Below, in pieces: positions 47,512 to 56,772 of a stretch of DNA of 64,000 nucleotides. Numbering within the stretch: position 1 is the first letter of the stretch; each line of letters opens with the position of its first letter. Origin of the DNA: Abditibacterium sp. (GTDB lineage Bacteria; Armatimonadota; Abditibacteriia; Abditibacteriales; Abditibacteriaceae); contig OZ251992.1 in NCBI GenBank assembly GCA_965246885.1, positions 3,072,001 through 3,136,000 on the forward strand. The letters are read 5' to 3'. Made by a program: the position numbers and the translations under genes. A model generated the notes under the pieces. That model did not search any database. It worked only from the letters and a program-made list of their open reading frames with translations, and was not told the origin of the DNA.

Positions 47512-48162
47512 TCAGTCCATTGTGAACCTTACGCGGTTGTTGAGGCACGCGGGGCAAGCGATGACGGTGCGGCCTTGTTCGTCGCGGCCCTCGAAGCGGT
47601 CGCGCGGGCCGAGATACCCGCACGCTTCGCAGCGCGGCCATTTGTTGAAGTTCGAGGCGGGCGGCTCGACTTCGGGCGGCACGGGCGCGGGCGAAACTTT
47701 CACGGTGGACGCCGAACGTGACGCGCTGGGCGGCACGCTGTAGCGAAAAGCGCGGCGCAGTTGCGCTTGGCACTTGGCCAGCAGAAGCGGTGGAAGGATG
47801 GGACGCACCATCACATCGTCCGCGCCCGCTTCGAGACAGTTAGTCAAGTAGCCAACGGAATCCGTCGCGGTCATCAGCATGATGGGCGCGTTGGTTTTAG
47901 AGCGCAGTTGCCCGACGAGTTCCAGGCCGAGGCAGTCGGGGAAGTCGTCGCCCACAAGGTAGAACTGCGGGCGCCACTCGGCCATCTGCTCCCACGCGGC
48001 GGCAGTAGTGGTGACGAGGCGCACTTGCAAGCGCTCGTGCTGTAGCGCACGCCCGCAGATGTTGCCCACCGCCTCGTTGGGTTCAACGATCAAAACGCGC
48101 GCGCCCCGGCGTTGTTCGCTGAGGCTATCGGGCGAGGGCGAAGAAGGTTGATTGGGCAACAT
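47512..48162 (-). CDS. Atypical receiver-domain protein with C-terminal zinc ribbon
   Basis: REC fold (GLEL..LR, PIMLMTA, LEAGADD) plus CEAC...CPAC. Confidence 0.75.
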   Translation of the reverse strand: MLPNQPSSPSPDSLSEQRRGARVLIVEPNEAVGNICGRALQHERLQVRLVTTTAAAWEQMAEWRPQFYLVGDDFPDCLGLELVGQLRSKTNAPIMLMTATDSVGYLTNCLEAGADDVMVRPILPPLLLAKCQAQLRRAFRYSVPPSASRSASTVKVSPAPVPPEVEPPASNFNKWPRCEACGYLGPRDRFEGRDEQGRTVIACPACLNNRVRFTMD

Positions 48163-48450
48163 AGGGTTCAAGTGGACGCGAAGCGAGTGCTCCGTGTCCG
48201 CACGAATACGGTTTAACGCACCGCGCGGGGGCGAGCGCAAGGGGGAAAAGGCTACACTTTAGCCAAACGTCGCCACGCCCCAGAAATATCGGGCAGTGGA
48301 AGGCGGCTCCAGTGAACGCGCGCCCGTCCGGTCAGACCTTTAAAAGCCGGACGTTTCCCCTCGCAAGAGCGCGCACTCCTCCGGAGCCATCCCTTTCCAC
48401 GCCGGGCGCCGTTGCAAACACGAGGCGACACAGCCTCATACGGAGACAAT

Positions 48451-50286
48451 TTGGAACCAAACAACGGATGGAGCGGGGCAAAAATCGCCCTGCTGGTTGA
48501 TTTCGACAACGTCGTGCTTGGCTTGGAAGACCCCGGCTTTGACATCGAACTTGTCGTGAACGCGCTCCGCGAGCGCGGCACCATCGTTCTGGGGCGCGTC
48601 TACGGCGACTGGTATCGCCATAACCGCCACCGCCGCAAGCTGATGGAGCAGGGACTCGAACTGGTCGAGACCCCCGCTTTTGGCCCGGTCATTAAAAACA
48701 GCGCCGACATTCGCATCGCCCTCGATGGCTTTGAGATCGGCCTCACGCAGCCGCACATAGACACCTTTGCCATCGTGTCGGGCGACTCGGACTTCCTGCC
48801 GCTCATCAAAAAGCTGCAATCTTTGGGGCGGCGCGTGCTCGTCATCTGCGGCAACCGCTTCACGAGCGACATGTTGCGCCGCAACTGCAACGAGTTCATC
48901 TCCTACGAGAACCTGCTCGCGCAAAGCATGGGCGCTTCCGAAGACGCGACGACCCTCGACGGCGCGTTCTCCTTATTACACCGCGCGATGGCGGCGCTGC
49001 GCGAACGCGGCACCGAAATACGCGGGTCGGGCGTGAAGCAGATGATGATTCAGTTGAATCCCGTCTTTTCCGAGAGGACATTTGGCTGCACGCAGTTCCG
49101 CCAGTTCCTCCAAAAGGCGGTCAACGCCGGGGTCGTCAAGCTCGGCCCGCGCGACAAAACATCGGGCGAGTTCCACGTCTTGCTCCCGGATGAGGACGAG
49201 GCGCCCATCCAACAGCGCGTCGAGCGCCGCGAAGAAAACCGCGCCCGCCGCGACGACAAATTCGCGCAAATCGCCGCCCGGATTAGTGCCGTTCCCGTTC
49301 CGGCCCGCCCATCGGTTGTAACCGAAGCCGACATGGACGACGAACCGGAACTCAGCGCTCTACCCGTCGGCGAAAGCGATTATGACGTGGACACCAACGG
49401 CGACTACGAAGGCGGCGCCGTCTTCGCGGACGACGCTTTCGGCTACGATCCCGAACCGATGTCGGTCGCCATGACCGAATCGCCGTCGGAAATCGCGCAA
49501 AACACCATCGCGCGCTCAGAATTGCTCTCGCGCGGATTGCGTTCCTCGAAGCGCCGTTTTTCCGGGCGCGGCGGACGCGCTCCGTTGGATATTGGAGACG
49601 TAGATTCGGTCGCCTTCGACATGGAAGCGGACGGCGACGAGGACGATGCTCCCGTTCTCGAAGTCGTGCCCGAAGCGCCCGCCGAAGAAGCGCCCGCGCC
49701 CGAAGCCGCCGCGCCGCCCACCGGCGAAAGCCGCCGCTTGCGCTCGCGCCGCCGCCGCCGCAGCGCGTCGGGCCAAATCACCGTCGTCGCCGAAGAACCG
49801 GCACCCGTTGACTTTGATTCAAGCGCTGCCGCAGATGGCAACGTGACGCTCGAATTCTCCAACGCCGTGCCGTCCGACAGCGACGACGAAGCGCCCGTCG
49901 AGGCTGCCCAAGGCGTCGAAGCGCCCGACGAAGAGATGGCGGAAATCCAAACCGCTCTCGATGAAATCAAGGGTGCGGGCGCCGCGCCGCTCGGCATTTC
50001 CGAAGGCGTCACCGTCGAAGTCAGCGCCCCCGCTTTGCCAGAGGGCACGCCCGAAGTCGAAGCCGCCGATCCCGCCGGAATTCCCGCAGAAGCGGCCAAG
50101 CCCAAGCGCCGCCGCCCCGCGCGCGCCAGAAAAGCTGCCCCCGAAGCGGAGGCCGCACCTGCCGAGGCCCCTGCCCCGGTTGAATCGCCCGCCGAGGTAG
50201 TGTCAGAGCCGCCCGTCGAAGCCGAAGCGCCCGCCAAGCCGCGCCGCCGCCGTCCCAGCCGCGCAAAGAAAGCGGAGGGAGAATAG
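48451..50286 (+). CDS. NYN-domain protein with OST-HTH/LOTUS domain and long acidic disordered tail
   Basis: DFDN, YGDW, KNSADI and SGDSDF motifs, then P.F.E..FG...F..FL. Confidence 0.87.
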   Translation: MEPNNGWSGAKIALLVDFDNVVLGLEDPGFDIELVVNALRERGTIVLGRVYGDWYRHNRHRRKLMEQGLELVETPAFGPVIKNSADIRIALDGFEIGLTQPHIDTFAIVSGDSDFLPLIKKLQSLGRRVLVICGNRFTSDMLRRNCNEFISYENLLAQSMGASEDATTLDGAFSLLHRAMAALRERGTEIRGSGVKQMMIQLNPVFSERTFGCTQFRQFLQKAVNAGVVKLGPRDKTSGEFHVLLPDEDEAPIQQRVERREENRARRDDKFAQIAARISAVPVPARPSVVTEADMDDEPELSALPVGESDYDVDTNGDYEGGAVFADDAFGYDPEPMSVAMTESPSEIAQNTIARSELLSRGLRSSKRRFSGRGGRAPLDIGDVDSVAFDMEADGDEDDAPVLEVVPEAPAEEAPAPEAAAPPTGESRRLRSRRRRRSASGQITVVAEEPAPVDFDSSAAADGNVTLEFSNAVPSDSDDEAPVEAAQGVEAPDEEMAEIQTALDEIKGAGAAPLGISEGVTVEVSAPALPEGTPEVEAADPAGIPAEAAKPKRRRPARARKAAPEAEAAPAEAPAPVESPAEVVSEPPVEAEAPAKPRRRRPSRAKKAEGE

Positions 50287-50297
50287 GTTGTGTCGGG

Positions 50298-50347
50298 GCG
50301 CAGGCATCCCGCCTGCTTTAGCTTAAAAGCAGGCGGGACGTCTACGC
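50298..50347. repeat. REP-like inverted doublet between convergent genes
   Basis: GCGCAGGCATCCCGCCTGC...GCAGGCGGGACGTCTACGC; each arm is partly self-complementary. Confidence 0.6.
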
Positions 50348-50354
50348 GCCGACC

Positions 50355-50624
50355 TTACGCCCAAGGGTCGGCGAGAGGCGGAGGCCCACCGGCGGGGCCG
50401 CCGGTTTTGGGCGCGTTGTCTTGGTAGCGGGTTTTACACTGCGGGCATTGCACCAAGGCGGTGATGCCCGACACGGGAATGGTCGGGATAATCCAGTAAA
50501 GGGTGATGAAGCGCATGCCCTTTTTCTCGATGAACTGCCCTTCAAAGCCACACTTGGAGCACTTCCAGATGCGTTGCGTGAGGGCGTTGCCCCACGCCCA
50601 GAATTTGACGCCGAAAACAATCAT
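50355..50624 (-). CDS. Small zinc-ribbon protein
   Basis: CSKC...F.TLYWI.P.IP...CPQC pattern. Confidence 0.75.
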   Translation of the reverse strand: MIVFGVKFWAWGNALTQRIWKCSKCGFEGQFIEKKGMRFITLYWIIPTIPVSGITALVQCPQCKTRYQDNAPKTGGPAGGPPPLADPWA

Positions 50625-50696
50625 AATGGTGAATTGACCCTTTTATTTTGCCATGTTGCCGCGTCGAGGGAAACATCCGCCCGCCGCGTCGTCTGT

Positions 50697-51665
50697 GTGA
50701 GCGTGTCCGCCGCCCTCAAAACCGAATTAAAAGCCCACGCCCACGCGTTGGGTTTTGTGGCGTGCGGGGTGGCAAGCGCCGGGCCAGCGCATACCACCTC
50801 GCGGTTAGAAGCATGGTTGGACAACCATTTTGAAGCGAGTATGGTGTGGATGCGGCGCCCCGACGCGGTTTCCAAGCGTGCCGACATTGAGCAACTGTTC
50901 CCCGGCGTCCGCTCGGTCGTGTCGCTGGCGTTTCCCTACGCGACCGACGAACCTTTCGACACCGCCAAGATGGGCGGCATCGCCCGTTACGCGCGCGGCG
51001 TCGACTACCACGACTTCTTGCCCACCCGCATCGGCGAACTGCTCGCGTGGCTCCAAGCGCGCGCACCATGTGAGGGCAAAGTCTGCGTGGACACTGCGCC
51101 CGTTCTGGAGCGTGAGTGGGCGACCCACGCGGGGCTGGGTTGGATCGGCAAGAACACCCTGCTCATGGGCCGCGCTTTCGGCTCGTATGTTTTGCTCGGC
51201 GAACTGCTCCTCGACATCGAACTGCCGCCCGACGCGCCGCACATCGAAGAGTTTTGCGGCACCTGCACGCGCTGCATGGATGCCTGCCCGACCGACGCCC
51301 TCGTCGCGCCGCGCACCCTCGACGCGAATAAGTGCATCGCCTTTCATACCATCGAGAATCGGAGCATGGCACCCAAGAACCTGCGCGAGCGGTTCGGGGA
51401 TTGGGTGTTCGGCTGCGACATCTGCCAGCAGGTGTGCCCTTGGAACGAAAAAGCCGCCCGCGACGGGAAGGTCAGCGCCGAGCCAGAGTTGTGGACGCGC
51501 CCCGACCTGCCCGCCCTAACAGAGTGGGTGGCCATCCCGCAAGCGGAGTTCTCGCGCCGACTCAAGGGCAGCCCCCTTAAGCGCGCCAAGCGACGCGGCA
51601 TGAAGCGCAACGCCGCCCGCGCCCTCAAGAATCGCCGCCCCGCACCGCCCGCGCCGACGGAGTGA
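50697..51665 (+). CDS. queG: Epoxyqueuosine reductase
   Basis: ARYA.G.DYH, VDTAP.LER, CGTCTRC..ACPT and GCDICQ.VCPWN motifs. Confidence 0.94.
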   Translation: MSVSAALKTELKAHAHALGFVACGVASAGPAHTTSRLEAWLDNHFEASMVWMRRPDAVSKRADIEQLFPGVRSVVSLAFPYATDEPFDTAKMGGIARYARGVDYHDFLPTRIGELLAWLQARAPCEGKVCVDTAPVLEREWATHAGLGWIGKNTLLMGRAFGSYVLLGELLLDIELPPDAPHIEEFCGTCTRCMDACPTDALVAPRTLDANKCIAFHTIENRSMAPKNLRERFGDWVFGCDICQQVCPWNEKAARDGKVSAEPELWTRPDLPALTEWVAIPQAEFSRRLKGSPLKRAKRRGMKRNAARALKNRRPAPPAPTE

Positions 51666-51666
51666 C

Positions 51667-51695
51667 TTGCGCACAGACGCGTGGGGCGGTAAAAT
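51667..51695 (+). promoter_or_regulatory. Putative sigma70 promoter of tRNA-Leu
   Basis: TTGCGC-N17-TAAAAT. Confidence 0.6.
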
Positions 51696-51718
51696 TCTCT
51701 TGCGCACTTCGCCCCCAT

Positions 51719-51800
51719 GCCTCTGTGGCGGAATTGGCAGACGCGCTGGACTCAAAATCCAGTTTCTTCGGAAGTGTCGGTTCGACCCCGACCGGAGGTA
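51719..51800 (+). tRNA. tRNA-Leu(CAA)
   Basis: GCCTCTG/CGGAGGT acceptor, CTGGA-CTCAAAA-TCCAG anticodon arm, long variable arm and GGTTCGACCCC T arm. Confidence 0.95.
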
Positions 51801-51807
51801 TCGAAAC

Positions 51808-51837
51808 AGCCCGCTTTCTTCCGAAAGCGGGCTTTTC
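51808..51837 (+). terminator. Intrinsic terminator after tRNA-Leu
   Basis: AGCCCGCTTTC-TTCC-GAAAGCGGGCT-TTT. Confidence 0.8.
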
Positions 51838-51960
51838 TGTTGGCAAAGTGACGACGGCCTTATCAGCGCCGGTGGTGCACTTCCCGTGCGAGCATCTCCA
51901 CTCTCGCTCCTTGCTCCGCCGCCTTGAGCTTGACGGCCACGCCCTCGACCACGCGGCCTA

Positions 51961-52239
51961 CACGATTAAAACTCGCATACATCGTGCGGCCATCGCCCAG
52001 TTCAATCACGGGTTCCAATAAGTTGAGGGAATAGCAAGTCGTTTCCATTGTTCCATCATCGCCCAGTTCAATCACGGGTTCCAATCCCTCAAAGCACGAT
52101 TAAAACGCGCGCCCACGACAGCATCCAACTGATGTTTTGCTGGTTCCAATCCCTCAAAGCACGATTAAAACGCCCGTCACCGTTTCCACCGTCGTGGGCG
52201 ACCCAGCATCCAACTATATCCTCAAAGCACGATTAAAAC
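51961..52239 (-). CRISPR. Short degenerate CRISPR array, 30-nt repeat GTTTTAATCGTGCTTTGAGGGATTGGAACC, 4 spacers
   Basis: Intact repeats at 52077-52106 and 52142-52171, partial ones ending at 52239 and 51972 and starting at 52011. Period 65-68 bp, directly downstream of cas2. Confidence 0.88.
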
Positions 52240-52367
52240 CACATTCAAGCCGCCGATTCTGCGTAATCATAAAACTTAAAGTCACTCAAAATCTCAAGGC
52301 GTGACATTCGTCGGGTTTGGATGGAGTGAAAACTTCGGGGAGTCGACGACCTCGGGAATTACTTTAC
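52240..52367 (-). promoter_or_regulatory. CRISPR leader
   Basis: AT-richer non-coding segment between the cas2 stop and the first repeat. Confidence 0.65.
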
Positions 52368-52631
52368 CTAAATGATGTTACTGGTGCCAAGTTTTTCGAT
52401 ACCGATGACTTCGCGGCTCAGTTTGATACCGGTGGGAATGATGTAGAACAGGATGCTGTCGTGGTCTTCGTCCACGATTTGGCGGAGGTCGGCTTTGATT
52501 TGACGGAGTTTGGCGGCGGTGATTTCGCCTTCAAAGACGGAGTTTTGCACCCAGTTCAGCCATTGGCGCAGATATTTACAGACTTTGGCGACCCTCTTTT
52601 GCTCGATGTCGTAGACGATGATGACATACAT
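52368..52631 (-). CDS. cas2: CRISPR-associated endonuclease Cas2
   Basis: MYVIIVYDI...WVQNSVFEG...DS. Confidence 0.96.
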   Translation of the reverse strand: MYVIIVYDIEQKRVAKVCKYLRQWLNWVQNSVFEGEITAAKLRQIKADLRQIVDEDHDSILFYIIPTGIKLSREVIGIEKLGTSNII

Positions 52632-52637
52632 AGGGGA

Positions 52638-53777
52638 TTACCACCAGCACCGGAACGGTTCGTAGAGCGCCATGCCGATCATGTGTTTTTGGAGTTTGTA
52701 GCACTCCAAGCGTACCAAATGACGGTAGGAGACACGGCGCCCCAGCGTGCGATGCTCGAAAGTATCGCGCAGACGCTCTTCCCACGCTTTGATGACCACT
52801 TCTCTGCCCGCCTTATTGAGGTGGCAGAAATTAAGCGCGTGGTCGAAGTGTTTGGGCGCGATTTCGCCGTTGTTGATGAGGCGAAAAATCAACCTGTCCA
52901 CGATGGCCGGTTTGAAGATTTCGGAGACGTCGAGCGCGAGCGAGAAGCGGCGGTGGCCCGGTTGATGCAAGACGGAAATCGTCGGATTGAGCGCGGTGCG
53001 GTAAATCTCGCTCAAGCAGAGCGTATAACACAGGCTGTTAACGAACGAAATTAGGGCGTTGACGGGGTTATCGGGTGGGCGTTTGACGCGCTTTTGGAAC
53101 TCGGCCCACGACTGGTTGAAGATGGCGGGCCACGCTTCGTAGTAGGTGGCGCGGAGGGTGCCCTCGATACCCATCACGCTGGGCACGTCGGGAGCGGCGG
53201 CGAGCAGGGCGCGATGCGACTCGATGGCTTTTATCCAATGGCTGAGGTCGCGGCCCCGGCTGGCGGCGTTATAGTAGCGCAGCGTTTTGAGGATGTTGAA
53301 GCTCGCCCCCTCGACCAATTGGCGGGCCAAGTCAACGCGCTTCTTTTCGTTGGCATACAGCAGCACTTGTTTGACTGTCGTGAAGCCCGACACGACTTCC
53401 TGACGCGGCCAGAAGCTGCCGGTATAAAAGCCGTAGTAGTTAAAGAAGTGGAGCGGGACGCGGTGTTTGCCCAAAAAGTTGAAAAAGCGCGAGTTGAAAT
53501 CGCACTCGCCGAAGAGGTAGATCGCCTCGACATCGTTGATGGCGATGGGCCGTTTGGCGAGCGTGGGGCGCGGAGTGTAAGGGCCATCGTCGAAGTCCAG
53601 CATGATTTGCGCGTCCTCGTCTTCCAAGTCTTCGAGCGGGCAACCACTTTCGGCGGCGGCATCTTCGAGGTCGGCGCCCGCCAGTTCTTCGCTGTCGTCG
53701 GCGAAGGGGCGTAGATACAGCGTGTTTTGATGGCGCTGCATCCGGCCCGCCGAAAAGATGTAGTAAGGGCGTTTCAT
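52638..53777 (-). CDS. cas1: CRISPR-associated endonuclease Cas1 (type I-B-like) with acidic insertion
   Basis: HFFNYYGFYTGSF, MGIEG, RPPDNPVNALISF and SLALDVSEIFKP motifs. ATGA overlap with cas4. Confidence 0.96.
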   Translation of the reverse strand: MKRPYYIFSAGRMQRHQNTLYLRPFADDSEELAGADLEDAAAESGCPLEDLEDEDAQIMLDFDDGPYTPRPTLAKRPIAINDVEAIYLFGECDFNSRFFNFLGKHRVPLHFFNYYGFYTGSFWPRQEVVSGFTTVKQVLLYANEKKRVDLARQLVEGASFNILKTLRYYNAASRGRDLSHWIKAIESHRALLAAAPDVPSVMGIEGTLRATYYEAWPAIFNQSWAEFQKRVKRPPDNPVNALISFVNSLCYTLCLSEIYRTALNPTISVLHQPGHRRFSLALDVSEIFKPAIVDRLIFRLINNGEIAPKHFDHALNFCHLNKAGREVVIKAWEERLRDTFEHRTLGRRVSYRHLVRLECYKLQKHMIGMALYEPFRCWW

Positions 53778-54334
53778 GATTTGGGGTCGGCTTGGAGTTC
53801 GTCGCAGTAGCAAAAATCGCAATAGGCGCACTTCAGGCAAAACGCGACTTTTTTCGGGCTGATGGCATCGAGACGCGGCGGCACGTTGTCCGCCGCGACG
53901 ATGCGCGTGACATCAAGCCGCGCCTGAACAAGCAGCGCCTCGCCCGCCGCATCGAGTTCGACGCTTTCGCGTGCTTTGATTTCGGGATAGTCAATGAGAC
54001 CGCGCGCCACGACGCCCTTCGAGCGCAGGAAGTCGAGATAGAACAGCATTTGCAAGCGGTGCGCTTCGCTCATGGCCTTGGATTTTTTGATTTCGTGAAC
54101 CGTGACGACGCCATCAGCGCCGCTCTGGTGTTCGACCCAGTCCAATACGGCGGTGTCTTCGAGGTTGATCTCCTTCTCGTGCCGTCCATAAGCCTGCGCC
54201 CCAATCTGCTTGCCAATCTGCACATCCTCATTCTCGCGCTCCATCTGGATGCCATGCGAAAACAACCACAGCTTGCGGTGGCAAACCAGCAAGTAGTTCA
54301 ACTGAGTCCCGGTTAAACGAGGAGTTTCGAGCAT
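53774..54334 (-). CDS. cas4: CRISPR-associated protein Cas4
   Basis: CHRKLWL, D...EIKK, Q...Y and C..CAY.DFC motifs. Confidence 0.95.
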   Translation of the reverse strand: MLETPRLTGTQLNYLLVCHRKLWLFSHGIQMERENEDVQIGKQIGAQAYGRHEKEINLEDTAVLDWVEHQSGADGVVTVHEIKKSKAMSEAHRLQMLFYLDFLRSKGVVARGLIDYPEIKARESVELDAAGEALLVQARLDVTRIVAADNVPPRLDAISPKKVAFCLKCAYCDFCYCDELQADPKS

Positions 54335-54367
54335 GGTGTTTTTTCCTCCGTAGAAGCTCCAGTTTCA

Positions 54368-56719
54368 TCAGAATCCGATGTTGCTGTCGTCGTGGATGTT
54401 GTGTGCTTCTTCGGGCAAGCTCCAAAAATCGAACCCACCGCCTCGCGCGTCATAAGGAACAACATGGCGGATCACAATGATTGGAAAGTCCACTTCTTTT
54501 TCTTCGCGCGCACTGACTTTGATTTTTACCGGAATTGTAGTTTGAAATTTGGCTTCTTTGGGAATGCGGTGGAAACGCGAGGCGCGCACCGCGACTTGCA
54601 ACTGCGACAGCGCCGCGCGAGTGTCAGGCAAATTAGTATCGTAGTAGCATTGCGGAACGACCAACACGACATTTGAATCAATGTCCCGAATAACCACTCC
54701 ATCGGGATTGTCCTCGCCGTTGAAGTTCTCTTGCGGGCGCCGCCCGAAAACAGTGTCGTTGAAGTGGGCGTTCTCAACGGTGCCACCTTGAATAGGCACT
54801 TCGTCTGTCAAAGCATCCTCGCACCACTTCAAGCCGTTCTTAAAACCCAAGTCGGTTGTCCAAGGAGCGAATGTCCAAGTGCGATTGAGAAGCGCGACGT
54901 TCTCGTAAGGTAACGCGCCGGGGATCAGTTCTGGCTTCTTCGGATGAGGATCCAAATCGAGCGGCGCGATTTGAAGTCGGAATTTGAACCCTGCGGGCAA
55001 ACGCTTTGTTCCCTCAATTTGAGTAGATGTCTCGCCGCGTCGGTGCAAGCGCCCGGCGCGCTGCACGAGCGTATCGGCGGGCGCGAGTTCGGTAATCATA
55101 CGCTCTGCGGAAATGTTGAGAGACAGTTCGGCGGCTTGCGTGGCTACTAAAACCATTGGCTCATCACGTTTGAACGCCGCCAAAAGTTCGTCCTCCAATT
55201 GGCGTCGGTCGCGCGGCGCAAGTTCGGAGTGATAGCACCAAACGGGCATATTCGGAAGCTCCTCGCTCGCTGCGCGGGCAAGGGCTTTAGCACGTTCGAT
55301 TTGGTTAACGTAAATAGCCAGTTTCAAACCTTCGGCATCACGCAAAGCCTCGCGCGCGCAAAGCGTCGAGTTGAGTCGGAAACCTCTACCTTCAGTAAGC
55401 GGCGCATCCAAGGCTTCGGCTTGAAATGGATAAAAAGGATTGTCGGCTTCGATAACGGTTTGCGGCGCGTCGAAGCCAAAAAAAACGCGTCGCGTCGAAG
55501 GTAAAGTAGCCGACATGAAGAGCGTTGGAATCGCGTAGCGATTCAAAACTTTCTGGCCCTCTCGAATGGCGTTTAAAGTCGTAGTGTCGTAGGCGTGAAC
55601 TTCATCGAAAACAACGAGCGAGGAAAGCAGATTCCCAAAGGCGCGGTCGGAAAACTTGTAGCCGTGATACAGGCTCATCAAGAGATGATCTACGGTGGAG
55701 ATGGTGATAGCGTGTTCGTAGCGCACGCTTTTCCCGGCCCGTTCTTCGGGAGATTCCGGAAAAGACGATTCGTCGTCGCTGTCTACTGCTTCGCGCAAAA
55801 CCATTAACGCTTCCGAGTGAACGAGGCCAACATCGCCTTGAGCGTAAGCGTATAAATCGGGATTGACCATATCGCGCAATAGCGAGTTCGAGGTGAAGCG
55901 CGTAGGTAGACACAACACGATACGATCTACCTGATTCTCGTTCGCTAAACGCGCGGCCCGTTCCAATGCCATCGCGGTTTTGCCTGCGCCGCACCCAGCG
56001 AGGGCGCACAAACTCTGCTCTAAATTGTTTCGGCTCTCGATTTGAAACGAAGTAAGGGAGCCGGGAACATGAGGAGGCGCCACAAGCGGCGGTTCGGGCG
56101 CATGAGCGCCCGACGCAAGATGATCGGACTCGACCAACAACGACAATAGCAGACAGTAAAGCCCACGAAACTTGGAGCCACGCGCCAGTTGCGGCGCGCG
56201 GCGCACTGACTCCTCTACAAAAGTGCAAATTTTCAAGGCTTGCATCGTTTGAGGTAGCTTCCCTAAATATGGGAACGGCAAAGGAATCTCGTTGGATAAT
56301 TCGCGCCAGCAATCGCCGACTGGAGAAACCACTTCGCGTGCATAGCGATTTGGCCCAAAAGACCCGGCGTGCAATTGACCGTGATGCGCCAAAACTGCAA
56401 GCGACGACGCCAGCAGGTGAGGTGATAAAGTCTCTGGGCCTTGTCCCCACACCCAACGACAGGCGAGAAAAGAACTCAGCGCGTGCTGCGGCAATTTCTG
56501 CGGCGAAAATAAACGAGCCTGCCACTCCGTTGTGGCTTTTCCGAAGTCATGCAACCACGCCGTTGATGCCATCAAATCGCGTGCCTCGCCTTCGCCCACT
56601 CCCAAACGAGTAAAAGCACTGAGGCGGGCGGGCGTTAAAAGTTGGTGTGCGGCGTTTCGCACATCGCTTAGATGGCCATGCAGAGATTGAGGCGGTTTGG
56701 ATTTGGCGTAGATGGTCAT
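54368..56719 (-). CDS. cas3: Cas3 HD nuclease-helicase
   Basis: AKS...H, LHDFGK, HHG, D..AS; then GAGKT, DEVH, SAT, YHS, ATQ..E and QRAGRLHR. Confidence 0.94.
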   Translation of the reverse strand: MTIYAKSKPPQSLHGHLSDVRNAAHQLLTPARLSAFTRLGVGEGEARDLMASTAWLHDFGKATTEWQARLFSPQKLPQHALSSFLACRWVWGQGPETLSPHLLASSLAVLAHHGQLHAGSFGPNRYAREVVSPVGDCWRELSNEIPLPFPYLGKLPQTMQALKICTFVEESVRRAPQLARGSKFRGLYCLLLSLLVESDHLASGAHAPEPPLVAPPHVPGSLTSFQIESRNNLEQSLCALAGCGAGKTAMALERAARLANENQVDRIVLCLPTRFTSNSLLRDMVNPDLYAYAQGDVGLVHSEALMVLREAVDSDDESSFPESPEERAGKSVRYEHAITISTVDHLLMSLYHGYKFSDRAFGNLLSSLVVFDEVHAYDTTTLNAIREGQKVLNRYAIPTLFMSATLPSTRRVFFGFDAPQTVIEADNPFYPFQAEALDAPLTEGRGFRLNSTLCAREALRDAEGLKLAIYVNQIERAKALARAASEELPNMPVWCYHSELAPRDRRQLEDELLAAFKRDEPMVLVATQAAELSLNISAERMITELAPADTLVQRAGRLHRRGETSTQIEGTKRLPAGFKFRLQIAPLDLDPHPKKPELIPGALPYENVALLNRTWTFAPWTTDLGFKNGLKWCEDALTDEVPIQGGTVENAHFNDTVFGRRPQENFNGEDNPDGVVIRDIDSNVVLVVPQCYYDTNLPDTRAALSQLQVAVRASRFHRIPKEAKFQTTIPVKIKVSAREEKEVDFPIIVIRHVVPYDARGGGFDFWSLPEEAHNIHDDSNIGF

Positions 56720-56772
56720 GAAATCAAATGGCGCGGGGGTTCAATTGAGTACACGCGCCACAAAATCGGATG

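Noticed and set aside
51863..52084. 73-aa ORF with duplicated EPVIELGD running through the array
   Set aside because: It is produced by the duplicated spacer segment and starts inside a repeat, with no independent support.
52451..52464. 14-nt match between spacer 52107-52141 and cas2, and a 10-nt match at 60873-60882 upstream of cas6, as self-targeting
   Set aside because: Both matches lie in the PAM-distal part of the spacer with no seed pairing, and matches this short are plausible by chance in GC-rich DNA.
56720..56772. CreTA-like toxin/antitoxin RNA between cas genes
   Set aside because: Gaps inside the operon are 53 bp or less and contain no repeat-like sequence.
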